From positions 32,001 to 96,000 of the forward strand of contig JANMQY010000079.1 of the NCBI GenBank assembly GCA_031370785.1: a stretch of DNA of 64,000 nt. The letters run 5' to 3'. Position 1 is the stretch's first letter; the number at the start of each line of letters is the position of its first letter. The notes beneath the pieces were generated by a model, which worked only from the letters and a program-made list of their open reading frames with translations, searched no databases and had not been told where the DNA came from. This stretch comes from Candidatus Eiseniibacteriota bacterium (GTDB taxonomy: Bacteria; Eisenbacteria; RBG-16-71-46). This document shows positions 19,299-29,442 of the stretch, one piece after another. Made by a program: the position numbers and the translations under genes.

Positions 19299-20422
19299 GT
19301 CTGGCCCGCGCCTCCACTCCCGCCCTCGCCGCGCTTGCGCTGCTGTCGCTCGTCGTCTATGCCGTCGCCGAGCGCTCGGTGACTCCCGTGCACGCCGAGG
19401 CTTATCGCATCAAGCTCGACGCCATGCGCGTGATGCAGCGGGCGGAGCATGCGGTGCTCGAGGCCAAGCGCGCCCGCGGCATCTCGATCGATGCGAAGAA
19501 CGATCCGGTTCCCACCGGACTGATCGGCCCGCAATTCACTTTGATCACCACGGATCGCGGCGCACAGTCCGCCAAGAGTCTTGCCACGCATTCGAGTTTC
19601 GCGGCCGCCGCCGCGCAGATGATGCTGCAGGGCGGGGTTCGTCGGGGGGACCTGGTGGCGGTCGGCGTGACCGGGTCGCTTCCCGGGCTCAACGTCGCGG
19701 TGTTCTCGGCCTGTCGCGCAGTGGGCGCGGAGCCGGTCGTGATCACTTCGGCAGGAGCCTCGATGTTCGGCGCGACCGATCCCGAGATGACCTGGCTCGA
19801 CATGGAGTCGGCGATCGTCGCGCGCGGCCTGTGGCCGGACGGCTTCCGATCGATCGCTGCCTCGCTCGGTGGCGGCGGCGACGCCGGGCGCGGGCTGTCC
19901 CCGACCGGGCGCCAGCTGCTGCGCGATGCCATCGACCGCAATCATGTTCGATTCCTCGATCCACCCACCGTGTTCGAGGCGGTCCGCGAGCGCGTCGCTC
20001 TCTACGACTCGGTGGCCGCCGCCCGGGGCAGGCCGATCCGGATGTACGTCAACGTCGGAGGCGGCGTGGCGAGTCTCGGCGGCGCGCAGAATGGACGGTT
20101 GATCCCGGCCGGCCTCAGTCCGCGCCTCACCACTCGCAACTATCCGAATCGCGGCGTGATCAACGTTCTCGGCGAACGGCGCATTCCCGTGATTCATCTG
20201 CTGCAGGTGGAGAAGCTGGCACGCGAGTTCGAGATCACGGACGCCGCGGGCGAGCCGGTCAAGCCCGGCCGCGGGCTGCTGTTCGTGAAGTATCGCTACA
20301 ACCTCGCGATCGTGGCAGGGGCGGCGGTGCTGGTCCTCTTCGCCAACCTGTTCGTGCTGCGTCACGACATTCGCCAGAAGCTGCTCGGCCAGCCCCATCC
20401 GGAAAGGATTCCGCTCGCATGA
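19295..20422 (+). CDS. pgsW: Poly-gamma-glutamate system protein (PgsW family)
   Basis: DP..TGLIG..FTLITT, GSLPGLN, ASMFGATDPEMTWLDME, ASLGGGGD, YVNVGGG and IPVIHLL. N- and C-terminal TM helices; ATGA overlap with pgsC. Confidence 0.82.
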   Translation: MSLARASTPALAALALLSLVVYAVAERSVTPVHAEAYRIKLDAMRVMQRAEHAVLEAKRARGISIDAKNDPVPTGLIGPQFTLITTDRGAQSAKSLATHSSFAAAAAQMMLQGGVRRGDLVAVGVTGSLPGLNVAVFSACRAVGAEPVVITSAGASMFGATDPEMTWLDMESAIVARGLWPDGFRSIAASLGGGGDAGRGLSPTGRQLLRDAIDRNHVRFLDPPTVFEAVRERVALYDSVAAARGRPIRMYVNVGGGVASLGGAQNGRLIPAGLSPRLTTRNYPNRGVINVLGERRIPVIHLLQVEKLAREFEITDAAGEPVKPGRGLLFVKYRYNLAIVAGAAVLVLFANLFVLRHDIRQKLLGQPHPERIPLA

Positions 20423-21330
20423 AGGCGTCGTACCTGTTCCTGCTCGTGTTGTTGCTCGCATCAGCTCCCGACCCGCGCTCTCCAGGCGTGCAGGCCGCGG
20501 GCTGGGTCACCATCGAGAAGCTGACGGACGCGAAACCGGTTCACGTGCTGGTGCGCGGCCAGGACCGGGTCTACTTCCGGATCACGCCCCAGAGGCCGCT
20601 CAACGTCGCAATCGATGGGCCGGTCCGCGTGCGCGTCGTGACCCGGGTCGAGCTGCGCGGCGCCGGGGACACGATCGCGACCTACAAGGTCCGCGCGGTC
20701 GAGAACGGTCGCGAGCTCGAGATTCTCGACACCGAGAGCTCCGCCGCTTCCGAGACCCGGCTGGCCGACGGCCCGGGTGTGCTCGGCAAGAGCCGGCGCA
20801 TGACGTTCGATGTGCCGGCCGGCCGCCATCGCATCCAGCTCGCGCTCGAAGGCACCGCGTCCGCGCTGGTCAGGCTGCAGCTCTCCCGTGAAAAGATCGG
20901 AGACGAGGCCATGGTCTCGCTCACCCCGACCGAAGCGCCGCGCAGCGTCTCGGTGATCGAGGGCGAGAAGACCGTGCCGTACTACAGCGTGCTCCCCGGC
21001 CAGCCGGTGCGGCTTCGCGTGATCGGACCGACGACGCTCGAGCTCATGACCCGCCTCGATTTCGACGCCACCATGCGCGGGACACAGACCTATCGAGTGC
21101 GGGTGACGGGGCGTGGAAAGGTGCTTCGTGAAGCGGAGTTCAAGACGACGAAGGCCACGACTGCCACTTACGCCAATCTGCCGGATCGCGTGCCTTCGAA
21201 ATTCGACCGCGTGGTCGTTCGTCTGGGAGGGGGCGTGCATGAGCTCGCCATCGAGCTGCTCTCGCCCGTTCGCGGGTCGGCCGAGATCCGCGCGCGCATC
21301 CCGCAACCATCCGTTGGCAACGAGGAATGA
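20419..21330 (+). CDS. Secreted hypothetical protein made of two tandem homologous beta-rich domains
   Basis: Signal peptide MKASYLFLLVLLLASA and an internal repeat (YFRITPQRPLNVAIDGPVRVRVVTRVEL / YYSVLPGQPVRLRVIGPTTLELMTRLDF). ATGA coupling to pgsW. Confidence 0.75.
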   Translation: MKASYLFLLVLLLASAPDPRSPGVQAAGWVTIEKLTDAKPVHVLVRGQDRVYFRITPQRPLNVAIDGPVRVRVVTRVELRGAGDTIATYKVRAVENGRELEILDTESSAASETRLADGPGVLGKSRRMTFDVPAGRHRIQLALEGTASALVRLQLSREKIGDEAMVSLTPTEAPRSVSVIEGEKTVPYYSVLPGQPVRLRVIGPTTLELMTRLDFDATMRGTQTYRVRVTGRGKVLREAEFKTTKATTATYANLPDRVPSKFDRVVVRLGGGVHELAIELLSPVRGSAEIRARIPQPSVGNEE

Positions 21331-22481
21331 TGGGAAACCCAGAGGTGCGCCGAAACCGCCGTCTCAGGACCGCAGCCACCGCCGTTCTCGCCGCACTCAC
21401 GCTCGGCACGGCCGACGCCGGAGCGGCGCAGAGAGTGAATCTCACACTCGGGCTCGGAGCGATCTACGACACGAACCTGCTGAAGTACTCGGCCGACCAG
21501 CGCACCCTTTTCGAGAGCGGCACTCGGCCCGACCGGTTCTCGATCCATTCGCTGGATGACCTGACGTGGAATCCGTTCGTCGCGCTCGCCTGGGATGCCG
21601 ACGCGGGGCGCGGCCGCCACCACATCCTGCGCCTTAAGAGTGAGGGGGAGTTCCACGATCGCAACCCCACCGCGGACTTCCACTCGATCAGTGCCGGCTG
21701 GCGCGAGACCTGGCGCGGCGGGCGCAGATTCTCGGTGGGATATTACGGACTGCCGCACTACTATCTGCGGCAGCTCGTCGACGAAGACTACGTGACGCCG
21801 TTTCCCGGGCTGGCGCTCCATCGTCGCGCGCAATTCGATCTGCAGATCGCCTCCACGTCGTGGGGCCAGCGCATCGCCCGGAATACCGACACCGAGCTCG
21901 CATACCAGTTCGAAAACCGGCGCTACGTGCCGGACTTTCGCGAGCGAGACTCGAAAACCCACCAGGGCGAGCTGACCTTCGGTTTCACGGGGCTGCCGGA
22001 TCGCGGCTCGATCGATGTTTCGGGAGGGTGGCGGGTGAGCAACGCGAAGGGCGTGGATGGTGACGAAGTTGCGGGCGCCCCTCCCGACGATCAGGACCTG
22101 ACCTATCACGGTCCGATCGCATCGGTGCGCGGTCGTGCCGAGCTCGGGCGAACCGCGCGCTGGCGGGTGATCGGCGATGCCGGCTACCAGTTCGGGAGCC
22201 GCACGTACGATTCGAAGGTGCCTGCCGATCGCTTCCACTTCGGGCGCCGCGATGCGCTCAATGCGGTCGAGTTCGGGCTGCGCGCCCAGTTTCGCCCTCA
22301 CCTGAGCGCCCGCGGATTCTTCCGTCACGAGTCCAACAACGCACACCACGGTGCCAACGTGGCGTCCACGACCGACCTGGGAAGCTACTCGCAGAATCAG
22401 GTCGGCCTGGTCGTGGACTGGTCGGGCGCAATCTGGCGGAGTCAGCGCGCCACGGCCGCCGAGCCGGACACGACGAATTGA
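21327..22481 (+). CDS. Putative outer-membrane beta-barrel protein
   Basis: Signal peptide, YDTNLL motif near the N-terminus, many alternating aromatic beta strands and a final NQVGLVVDW strand. Confidence 0.65.
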   Translation: MMGNPEVRRNRRLRTAATAVLAALTLGTADAGAAQRVNLTLGLGAIYDTNLLKYSADQRTLFESGTRPDRFSIHSLDDLTWNPFVALAWDADAGRGRHHILRLKSEGEFHDRNPTADFHSISAGWRETWRGGRRFSVGYYGLPHYYLRQLVDEDYVTPFPGLALHRRAQFDLQIASTSWGQRIARNTDTELAYQFENRRYVPDFRERDSKTHQGELTFGFTGLPDRGSIDVSGGWRVSNAKGVDGDEVAGAPPDDQDLTYHGPIASVRGRAELGRTARWRVIGDAGYQFGSRTYDSKVPADRFHFGRRDALNAVEFGLRAQFRPHLSARGFFRHESNNAHHGANVASTTDLGSYSQNQVGLVVDWSGAIWRSQRATAAEPDTTN

Positions 22482-23167
22482 TGCCTGCTCCTCGCCTCCG
22501 CCCGGGTCTGTTGCCGACATTGATCGCGGCCGCAGGGATCGCCCTGTTCGTAACGGGCTGCCATACCGCGCGCATCCTCGGGCCGCCGCCGCCGTTGCGC
22601 GCCGCGTCGGCGTCCAGCTATGCGGTGGATGTGGAGTTTGCGGAGCCGCTCGATCGCGCGAGCGCCGAAGACCCATCGCACTATGCGCTGGTCGCCGTCT
22701 CCGGTGGCGCCGCCGCGGTCATCCAGAGCGCGACCCTGGTGGACACGCTCTACGGCCGAGTCGTACAGCTCCTGATCCCGGACTGGCTCACCACCAATCC
22801 CGATACCACGGAGTTCGACCTCACCACGAGCGGCGTGATCGCGCTGGACGGGAGATCGACCGGCTCACGCACGGTGCGCTTCGCTACCGGGCTCTCCTAT
22901 CGCGCGCCGGTGCGCGCGCTGCTGGGCGCGCATTGCAGCTCGTGTCACGGGGCTTCACGCGCCGACGGAAGCTATCGCACCGACAGCGAGGCGGAGCTGG
23001 TGGGCGGCGGCAGAAATGCGACGCCCAATCTCATCGCCGGCGATCCCAACAGCCTGCTGCTGGTGAAGTGCCGGCCGGGCAACTCGATGTTCAATCGTGG
23101 CAACCTCTCCTTCCTCGACTTCGAGATCCTTCTCAACTGGGTCGTGAGTTACTCGGCGCGTTCGTAG
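22478..23167 (+). CDS. Lipoprotein with Ig-like domain and C-terminal c-type cytochrome domain
   Basis: Lipobox LFVTGC, VEFAEPLDRASAEDPSHY Ig-like segment, CSSCH heme motif and GDPNSLL...GNSM. Confidence 0.72.
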   Translation: MMPAPRLRPGLLPTLIAAAGIALFVTGCHTARILGPPPPLRAASASSYAVDVEFAEPLDRASAEDPSHYALVAVSGGAAAVIQSATLVDTLYGRVVQLLIPDWLTTNPDTTEFDLTTSGVIALDGRSTGSRTVRFATGLSYRAPVRALLGAHCSSCHGASRADGSYRTDSEAELVGGGRNATPNLIAGDPNSLLLVKCRPGNSMFNRGNLSFLDFEILLNWVVSYSARS

Positions 23168-23270
23168 CGCTTCTGCGCCGCCGTACCCACTTGTGGCCGC
23201 TTCGCGCCCGCCGTTAGACTGCCGCCGCTAAGGCCGCAGGCCCTGTCGTCACGTCCATTCCGGAGGTCTC

Positions 23271-24671
23271 ATGCTCACCGCATCCCGCGTGGCGCCGATC
23301 ATCGTGCTCGCGCTCGCGGGCGCGCTGCTCTCGGCTCCGGATGCCGTGGCGAAGAAGCGCCCCGCGCCCCGTCCGGCCGCCCCGGTGACGGCATCCTCGG
23401 CGCTCGCGCTCCGCGTGCAGCGCGTCACGCTCGGCAACGGACTCACTGTGCTGCTTCACGAGGACCACAGCGTGCCGACGGTCGCGTTCTGGCAGTGGTA
23501 TCGCGTCGGCTCGCGCAACGAGCGGCCGGGCATCACCGGGATCTCGCACTTCTTCGAACACATGATGTTCAACGGATCGAAGAACGTCCCGCCCAAGGAG
23601 TACGACCGGATCCTCGAATCGAACGGCGGCTACTCGGACGCGTTCACCGACTACGACATGACCGCGTACTTCGAGGAGATCGCATCGGACCGGCTGGGAG
23701 TCGTGCTGCGCCTCGACTCCGACCGCATGGCGGCGCTCTCGCTCCTGCCCGAGCAGCTCAAGAGCGAGATCGACGTGGTGAAGGAGGAGCGGCGGTTCCG
23801 CGTGGACGACGACATCCGGGGCATGCTCGACGAGCCGCTGTGGGCGACCGCGTTCGAGGCCTCGCCCTATCACTGGCCGGTGATCGGCTGGATGGGCGAC
23901 CTCAACCGGATCACGCGCGAAGACATGGTCGAGTACTTCCGGATTCACTACGCGCCGGACAACTGCATTCTCGCGCTGGTCGGGGATTTCGATTCGAAGG
24001 CCGCGCTCGACAGCATTCGGACGTACTTTGGCTCGATTCCGCGCCAGCCGGCGCCGCCCGAGCCGGTGGACTCGGAGCCCGAGCAGAGAGGCGCTCGCCA
24101 CCTCGAGGTGCACTATCCGGCGCAGAACGTCACGTTCCTCGCGGGTTACAAGGCGCCGGCCGCGAAGAGCGCCGATGCGCCGGTGCTCGATTTACTGCGC
24201 TCGATTCTCGGCGACGGCGAGTCGTCCCGGCTGCACCAGGCGCTGGTGTACGAGGGGCAGATGGCGATCGAGGCCTCCTGCGCGTACCAGGCCCGCATTG
24301 CTCCTGGCCTCATGGAATTCACCGTCGAGCTGAAGCCGGGCCGCAGCGCACAGGAAGGGTTGAAGGCGCTCGACTCGGTGTTGACGCACCTGTCGGACCA
24401 GGGCCCGAGCGAGCGCGAGCTCCAGAAGGCGCGCAATCAGCTCGAGGCGGCGGTGGTGCGCTCGCTCAAGACCAACAACGGCGTGGGCCAGCAGCTCGGC
24501 TACTTCGAGCACGTGTTCGGGGACTACCGCACACTGTTCCAGACCGTGGAGCGCTATCGCACGGTCAGCGCGGAGGACTGCCGGCGCGTGGCGAAGCAGG
24601 TATTCGATGCGAAGCGGCGCACGGTGGCGGTGCTCGTGCCCGACAAGGGCGCCGAGGATGCCGCACCATGA
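23271..24671 (+). CDS. M16B zinc peptidase, active subunit
   Basis: GSRNE..GITGISHFFEHMMFNGS (HxxEH), VKEERR and a signal peptide. Confidence 0.9.
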   Translation: MLTASRVAPIIVLALAGALLSAPDAVAKKRPAPRPAAPVTASSALALRVQRVTLGNGLTVLLHEDHSVPTVAFWQWYRVGSRNERPGITGISHFFEHMMFNGSKNVPPKEYDRILESNGGYSDAFTDYDMTAYFEEIASDRLGVVLRLDSDRMAALSLLPEQLKSEIDVVKEERRFRVDDDIRGMLDEPLWATAFEASPYHWPVIGWMGDLNRITREDMVEYFRIHYAPDNCILALVGDFDSKAALDSIRTYFGSIPRQPAPPEPVDSEPEQRGARHLEVHYPAQNVTFLAGYKAPAAKSADAPVLDLLRSILGDGESSRLHQALVYEGQMAIEASCAYQARIAPGLMEFTVELKPGRSAQEGLKALDSVLTHLSDQGPSERELQKARNQLEAAVVRSLKTNNGVGQQLGYFEHVFGDYRTLFQTVERYRTVSAEDCRRVAKQVFDAKRRTVAVLVPDKGAEDAAP

Positions 24672-26050
24672 GCGCGCGCCGGATCGGAATCGCGTTGCTG
24701 GCGGCGGGTCTGGTTCACTTCGCCCCGCCGGCGAGCGCGGCGGCGGTCGCGTTGCCGCCGGCCGTGCGCGTCACGCTCAAGAACGGGCTGGTCGTGATCG
24801 TCAGCCCCACCCACCGCCTGCCGCTGGTCGACTTTCGGCTGGTGGCCCGCGCCGGATCGAGCAGCGATCCCACGGGCAAGGAAGGCGTCGCCGGGCTCAC
24901 CGCGGATCTTCTGACCCAGGGCGCTGGAGCGCGCGGCGCTCGCCAGCTCGCCGAGGACATCGCGTTCATCGGAGGCACGCTCGAGGCGGGCGCGCTCGCC
25001 GAGCAGCTCGTGGTCACCTGCGAAGTGCTGAAGAAGGACATGGCGACCGGGCTCGAGCTGCTCCACGACGTGCTGGTCGCGCCCGCGTTTCCCGCCGAGG
25101 AGTTCGCGCGCAAGAAGGACGAGGCGCTGAGCGCGATCGTGGCCGCGCGGGATGATCCTTCGTCGGTGGCCGATCGCGCACTGCTTCCCTTCCTGCTTGG
25201 CACGGGCCCGCTCGCGCATCCGGTCTCGGGCTGGGAGAAATCGGTCGGCTCGCTCACTCGCGACGACGTCACCGCGTTCCACCGCCGGTTCTTGACGCCC
25301 GACAACGCGATCCTCGCCGTGGTCGGGGACGTGGATCCGCAGGCGATGATCGCCCTGCTCCAGCGCACCTTCGCCGACTGGAAGCCGAGCGGCCAGAAGC
25401 GGACCCTGGCCGCCGACATGCCGGCGCGCGCCGCAGGGGTGCAGCTGCGCATCGTGAGCAAGCCCGAGGTGACCCAGACCCAGATCCGGCTCGCCACGCT
25501 CGGCGTCGCGCGCAATCATCCGGACTATTTCCCGATCCAGGTCGCGAACACGATTCTCGGCGCCGGATTCACTTCGCGGCTGGTCAACGAGATCAGAGTC
25601 GTGCAGGGACTGAGCTACAGCATCTCGAGCGGCTTCACCATGTATCGCAACGCCGGCACGTTCGAGGTGAACACGTTCACCAAGAACGAGACCCTGCGCA
25701 AGACCATCGACGAGACCCTGCGCGTGATGCGCCAGTTCATCTCGCAGGGCCCCAGCGATGAGGAAGTGGCAAAGGCGAAGCGCTACCTGACCGGGCTCTA
25801 CCCGCTCGGGCTGCAGGCGCCCGACGATCTCGCGGCCGCGCTGGTCAACGTCGAGTTCTACGGGCTCGATCCGCAGTACATCGCGAACTACGACGCGAGA
25901 GTCAACGCGGTCACCCCGGACGACGTTCGCCGCGCGCTGCGCTCGTACTTCGACGTGGACAATCTCAGGATCCTCGTGGTCTCCGACCCGGCGACGGCGA
26001 AGGGCGCGCTCGAAGGGCTCGGACCCATCGAGGTGACCGCGATCCCGTGA
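24668..26050 (+). CDS. M16B peptidase, inactive partner subunit
   Basis: ATG at 24668. It has the M16 fold without HxxEH and keeps SRLVNEIRVVQGLSY (R/Y pair). Confidence 0.85.
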   Translation: MSARRIGIALLAAGLVHFAPPASAAAVALPPAVRVTLKNGLVVIVSPTHRLPLVDFRLVARAGSSSDPTGKEGVAGLTADLLTQGAGARGARQLAEDIAFIGGTLEAGALAEQLVVTCEVLKKDMATGLELLHDVLVAPAFPAEEFARKKDEALSAIVAARDDPSSVADRALLPFLLGTGPLAHPVSGWEKSVGSLTRDDVTAFHRRFLTPDNAILAVVGDVDPQAMIALLQRTFADWKPSGQKRTLAADMPARAAGVQLRIVSKPEVTQTQIRLATLGVARNHPDYFPIQVANTILGAGFTSRLVNEIRVVQGLSYSISSGFTMYRNAGTFEVNTFTKNETLRKTIDETLRVMRQFISQGPSDEEVAKAKRYLTGLYPLGLQAPDDLAAALVNVEFYGLDPQYIANYDARVNAVTPDDVRRALRSYFDVDNLRILVVSDPATAKGALEGLGPIEVTAIP

Positions 26051-27300
26051 GCGAAGCGCCCGCTTCGGACGGGTCCGGCGGGCCATCCGCGAATCCCGCG
26101 CGCGCGAAGGGCCGCGGCCCAGCGGGAGTCACCCGCAACGTCGTCGCGCTGGGTATGGTTTCCTTGCTCACCGACGTCTCGACCGAGATGATCCTGCCGG
26201 TGCTGCCGCTGTTTGTGACCGGTGTGCTGCATGCGTCGGTCACCAGCGTCGGTGTGATCGAGGGCGTGGCCGAGTGCACCGCCGCGATGCTGCGCCTCGC
26301 CTCGGGGTGGCTCTCCGACCGGATCGGCCGGCGCAAGCCATTCCTGATGTTCGGCTACGGAATCTCGACCGTGGCCAAGGGCGCGATGGCGCTGGCCGCT
26401 TCCTGGCCCGCGATCCTCGCCCTGCGCTTCGCCGATCGCGTCGGCAAGGGCCTGCGCAATCCGCCGCGCGACGCGTTGATCGCCGACTCGGTCGAGCCGC
26501 AGTATCTCGGGCGCGCGTTCGGACTCCACCGCGCCATGGACACGCTCGGCGCCGCGCTCGGGCCGCTGGTCGCCTTTGCGATGCTGCAGCGGAACCCGAC
26601 TGGATTCCGCGACATCTTCGGCTTGAGTGCGGTGCCCGCGCTGCTCTCGATCGTCGTGCTCGGCATCTTCGTGCGCGCGCCGCGCCACGTCGCACGCCGC
26701 AGTACGGGCGGGTTCCGGGGCGAGGTCAAGGCGCTGGGCGCGCCATTCATGCGCTTCCTCGCGGTGGATGCGGTCTTTCAGCTCGGCAACAGCAGCATGG
26801 CCTTCGTGCTGCTGCGCTCGCGCGACGTGGGCCTCAACGCCGGCCAGGTGGTGCTCGGCTACCTCGGCTACAACCTGGTCTATGCGCTGCTGTCGTGGCC
26901 GCTGGGCGCGCTCTCGGATCGCATCGGCCGGCGTCCGCTGCTGCTCGCCTCCTATGCGCTCTATGCAGGCGCATACGCGCTGCTCGCCTTTGGTCTGACC
27001 CGCTGGGCAGCGCTCGGCGCGCTCGCGCTGCTCGGGGTGCAGAGCGCGCTCATGGAGGGGCAGGCGCGCAGCCTGATCGCCGACTTCGTGCCGGAAGATC
27101 GGCGCGCGACGGCGTACGGCGTTTATTACACCGTGGTCGGGGCAGCCCTGCTGCCGGCGAGCGTGCTGGCCGGAGTGCTGTGGGATCGGGTCGGCGCCGC
27201 GGCGACGTTCGGGGTCGATGCCGCGCTGGCCGCTGTGGCGGCGCTCCTCTTCCTGACCGTGCTGCCCTCGCGTCACGAGCTGCGAGACCGCCATGGTTAA
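26047..27300 (+). CDS. MFS transporter
   Basis: [39 protein letters not shown] and about 12 TM segments. Confidence 0.9.
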   Translation: MSEAPASDGSGGPSANPARAKGRGPAGVTRNVVALGMVSLLTDVSTEMILPVLPLFVTGVLHASVTSVGVIEGVAECTAAMLRLASGWLSDRIGRRKPFLMFGYGISTVAKGAMALAASWPAILALRFADRVGKGLRNPPRDALIADSVEPQYLGRAFGLHRAMDTLGAALGPLVAFAMLQRNPTGFRDIFGLSAVPALLSIVVLGIFVRAPRHVARRSTGGFRGEVKALGAPFMRFLAVDAVFQLGNSSMAFVLLRSRDVGLNAGQVVLGYLGYNLVYALLSWPLGALSDRIGRRPLLLASYALYAGAYALLAFGLTRWAALGALALLGVQSALMEGQARSLIADFVPEDRRATAYGVYYTVVGAALLPASVLAGVLWDRVGAAATFGVDAALAAVAALLFLTVLPSRHELRDRHG

Positions 27301-28444
27301 GCAGCGCGAACGCATGGGCGAGCGCGAGCGCATCCGCCGCGTGACGGAACGGCTGACGCAGGGCGAGGGCGTGGTGCTGGGTCCGGGCGATGACGCCGCG
27401 CTGCTGCGCGCCCGGGCCGGCCGCGACCTTGCGGTGACCGTCGATGCGTTCGAAGAGGGACGCCACTGGCGCGCAGGCTGGATCGAGCCCGCATCGCTCG
27501 GCGCGCGCTTCGCCGCCGCAAACCTGAGCGATCTGGCGGCGATGGGCGCGGCTCCACGCTGGGCGCTGCTCTCGGTCGGGGCCAGGCCTAAGGGCGATGC
27601 GAAGCGGTGGGAGGAGATCGAGCGCGGGCTCGCGGACCTGCTCATGAGGCACGGCGCCTCGCTGGTGGGCGGCAATCTTTCTGCGACCACCGGGCCCGAG
27701 TGGATGAGCCTCACGTTGATCGGCGAGGTCGAGCGCGGCAAGGCGTGGACCCGGGCCGCAGCGCGCCCCGGCGATCTGATCGCGGTGACCGGGCATCCGG
27801 GCCGCGCCGGGGCTGCGCTGCGGTTGCTCGCCGCAGGCGGTACGCGGGTGCGTGAGCGCGCGTGGCGTCCGCTGCTCGAGGCGTGGGCCGCGCCCGAGCC
27901 GCGCGTCGCGTTCGCGCTGCGCCTGGCCGCGACCGATGCGGTGAGCGCGGCGATCGATATTTCGGATGGATTCGCGGGCGACCTCTCGCGCCTTTGCGAA
28001 GCGAGCGGGGTCGGCGCCGAGATCGACGCATGGCCGGCCGATCGGCTGCTGGCGCGTGCGGCGCGCGCGCTGGGCCTGAGCGCCGAGGCATTGCGCTTCG
28101 GGCCGAGCGATGACTACGAGCTGCTGCTCGCGGTCGAGAGCGCGCGTCGCGCGGAGTGCGAGAGTCTGGCGCACGAGATGAAGGTGCCGCTCGAGTTCGT
28201 GGGGCACCTGACCGATGCGCCGGGCATGATCCAGCGGGTGGATGGCAGAGGTAGGCGGAGTGCGCTCGAGTCAGGGGGCTACGATCACTTCGCGACGTCG
28301 ACAGGAGCGCCGCAAAAGCCGCGTCGCGCTACCGTACGGGGGTCACGCTCCGGTCCCGTCGCGCGCCGCGCAGCGACCAAGCGCAGCGGCGTGCGACGCC
28401 GAGCCTCGAGCGGCCGCGCACGCCGCAGGCGGCCTCAGCGGTAG
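27293..28444 (+). CDS. thiL: Thiamine-monophosphate kinase
   Basis: [28 protein letters not shown] and GYDHF, followed by a basic C-terminal tail. Confidence 0.9.
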   Translation: MVKQRERMGERERIRRVTERLTQGEGVVLGPGDDAALLRARAGRDLAVTVDAFEEGRHWRAGWIEPASLGARFAAANLSDLAAMGAAPRWALLSVGARPKGDAKRWEEIERGLADLLMRHGASLVGGNLSATTGPEWMSLTLIGEVERGKAWTRAAARPGDLIAVTGHPGRAGAALRLLAAGGTRVRERAWRPLLEAWAAPEPRVAFALRLAATDAVSAAIDISDGFAGDLSRLCEASGVGAEIDAWPADRLLARAARALGLSAEALRFGPSDDYELLLAVESARRAECESLAHEMKVPLEFVGHLTDAPGMIQRVDGRGRRSALESGGYDHFATSTGAPQKPRRATVRGSRSGPVARRAATKRSGVRRRASSGRARRRRPQR

Positions 28445-29379
28445 AGGGCCTTGAGCCTTCCCCAGGTGCTGGTGTGCACCGGCGTCGCGCAGTTGTCGGC
28501 GGCGCCCGAGAAGTTCGGAGTCGGGTTGTCGAACCAGCGGTTCACATCGTGCACCGAGGCGCTGCCACAGAACTCGATCGAGTTCCCGACCGCAACCACC
28601 GGCACCGACTGTCCGGCCCCCCAGTATCCCGCACTCATCGCGGTCGCTTCGTTCGCGCCGCCGCCCGCGCCCCACTCGACGTAGTCGACCATCTGATCGG
28701 CCGAGGCGAGGCCGCCGGTCGCGGTAAGCGCCGGCACGTAGAGCGCGAGCGCGCCGGATGGGTCGGGCAGGTTGCCAACCGCGCTCACGAAGAAGTCGGT
28801 CGCGGTGTTGATGCCGGTCTCATTGGTGTGAATGGTCATGGTCGCGCCGGGACCGAGCGCCACGTTGCTGAACGGAATCACCGTGGCCGCGCCCGCTCCG
28901 ATGCTCAGCCGGTAACGCCCGAGGTCGCCGGCCGCGGTGCCCATGTTGGTGATCTCGATGAGATCGTGCCCGGCCGCCTCGTTGTACTGCACTTCGGTGA
29001 TGCGGAAGTCCGAAACATCGATCGCCGAGCCGTTCACGATCACGCGGCCGGCCATCAGCGGCGCGTGCGGGGTGCAGTAGTAGAGAAAGGTGCCGGTGCC
29101 GGTCACGCGCCACATGAAACCCGCGCCGCTGCCCACAAATCCGCTATCCCACCGCCCGTCGGGCGTGACGGTCAAGCTGTCCCCGGAGGTTGTCGTGTGG
29201 CTGCTCGTTGCCGCTACCCATACAATCTTGTCCCCAACGTTGGCGTTGATCGCCCTGGGGACGAAGCCCGTAACGTTGGATACGATTGTGACGCGAACCT
29301 GACCGGCGTCCGCAACGGCGGCAAATCCGAGTGTGATCGCCGCGATGGTGATCCCGACAGAAAAGTAGCGAAGCGACAT
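28435..29379 (-). CDS. Secreted cupredoxin + lamin-tail-like domain protein with C-terminal [10 protein letters not shown] motif
   Basis: Signal peptide; SHTTTSG...[10 protein letters not shown] (His/Cys/His/Met type-1 Cu ligands); ITEVQYN...IEITN; DYVEWG. Confidence 0.75.
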   Translation of the reverse strand: MSLRYFSVGITIAAITLGFAAVADAGQVRVTIVSNVTGFVPRAINANVGDKIVWVAATSSHTTTSGDSLTVTPDGRWDSGFVGSGAGFMWRVTGTGTFLYYCTPHAPLMAGRVIVNGSAIDVSDFRITEVQYNEAAGHDLIEITNMGTAAGDLGRYRLSIGAGAATVIPFSNVALGPGATMTIHTNETGINTATDFFVSAVGNLPDPSGALALYVPALTATGGLASADQMVDYVEWGAGGGANEATAMSAGYWGAGQSVPVVAVGNSIEFCGSASVHDVNRWFDNPTPNFSGAADNCATPVHTSTWGRLKALYR

Positions 29380-29442
29380 GCATCCCCCCGTGAACGCGGC
29401 CTGCGTTTCGGTAACGCCTGCTCATTCCATCCGTGGTGTTGG

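Noticed and set aside
23495..24667. N-terminal 391 aa of the 851-aa ORF 23495..26050
   Set aside because: It is an alternative frame overlapping the active M16 gene. The partner subunit starts at ATG 24668 with a signal peptide.
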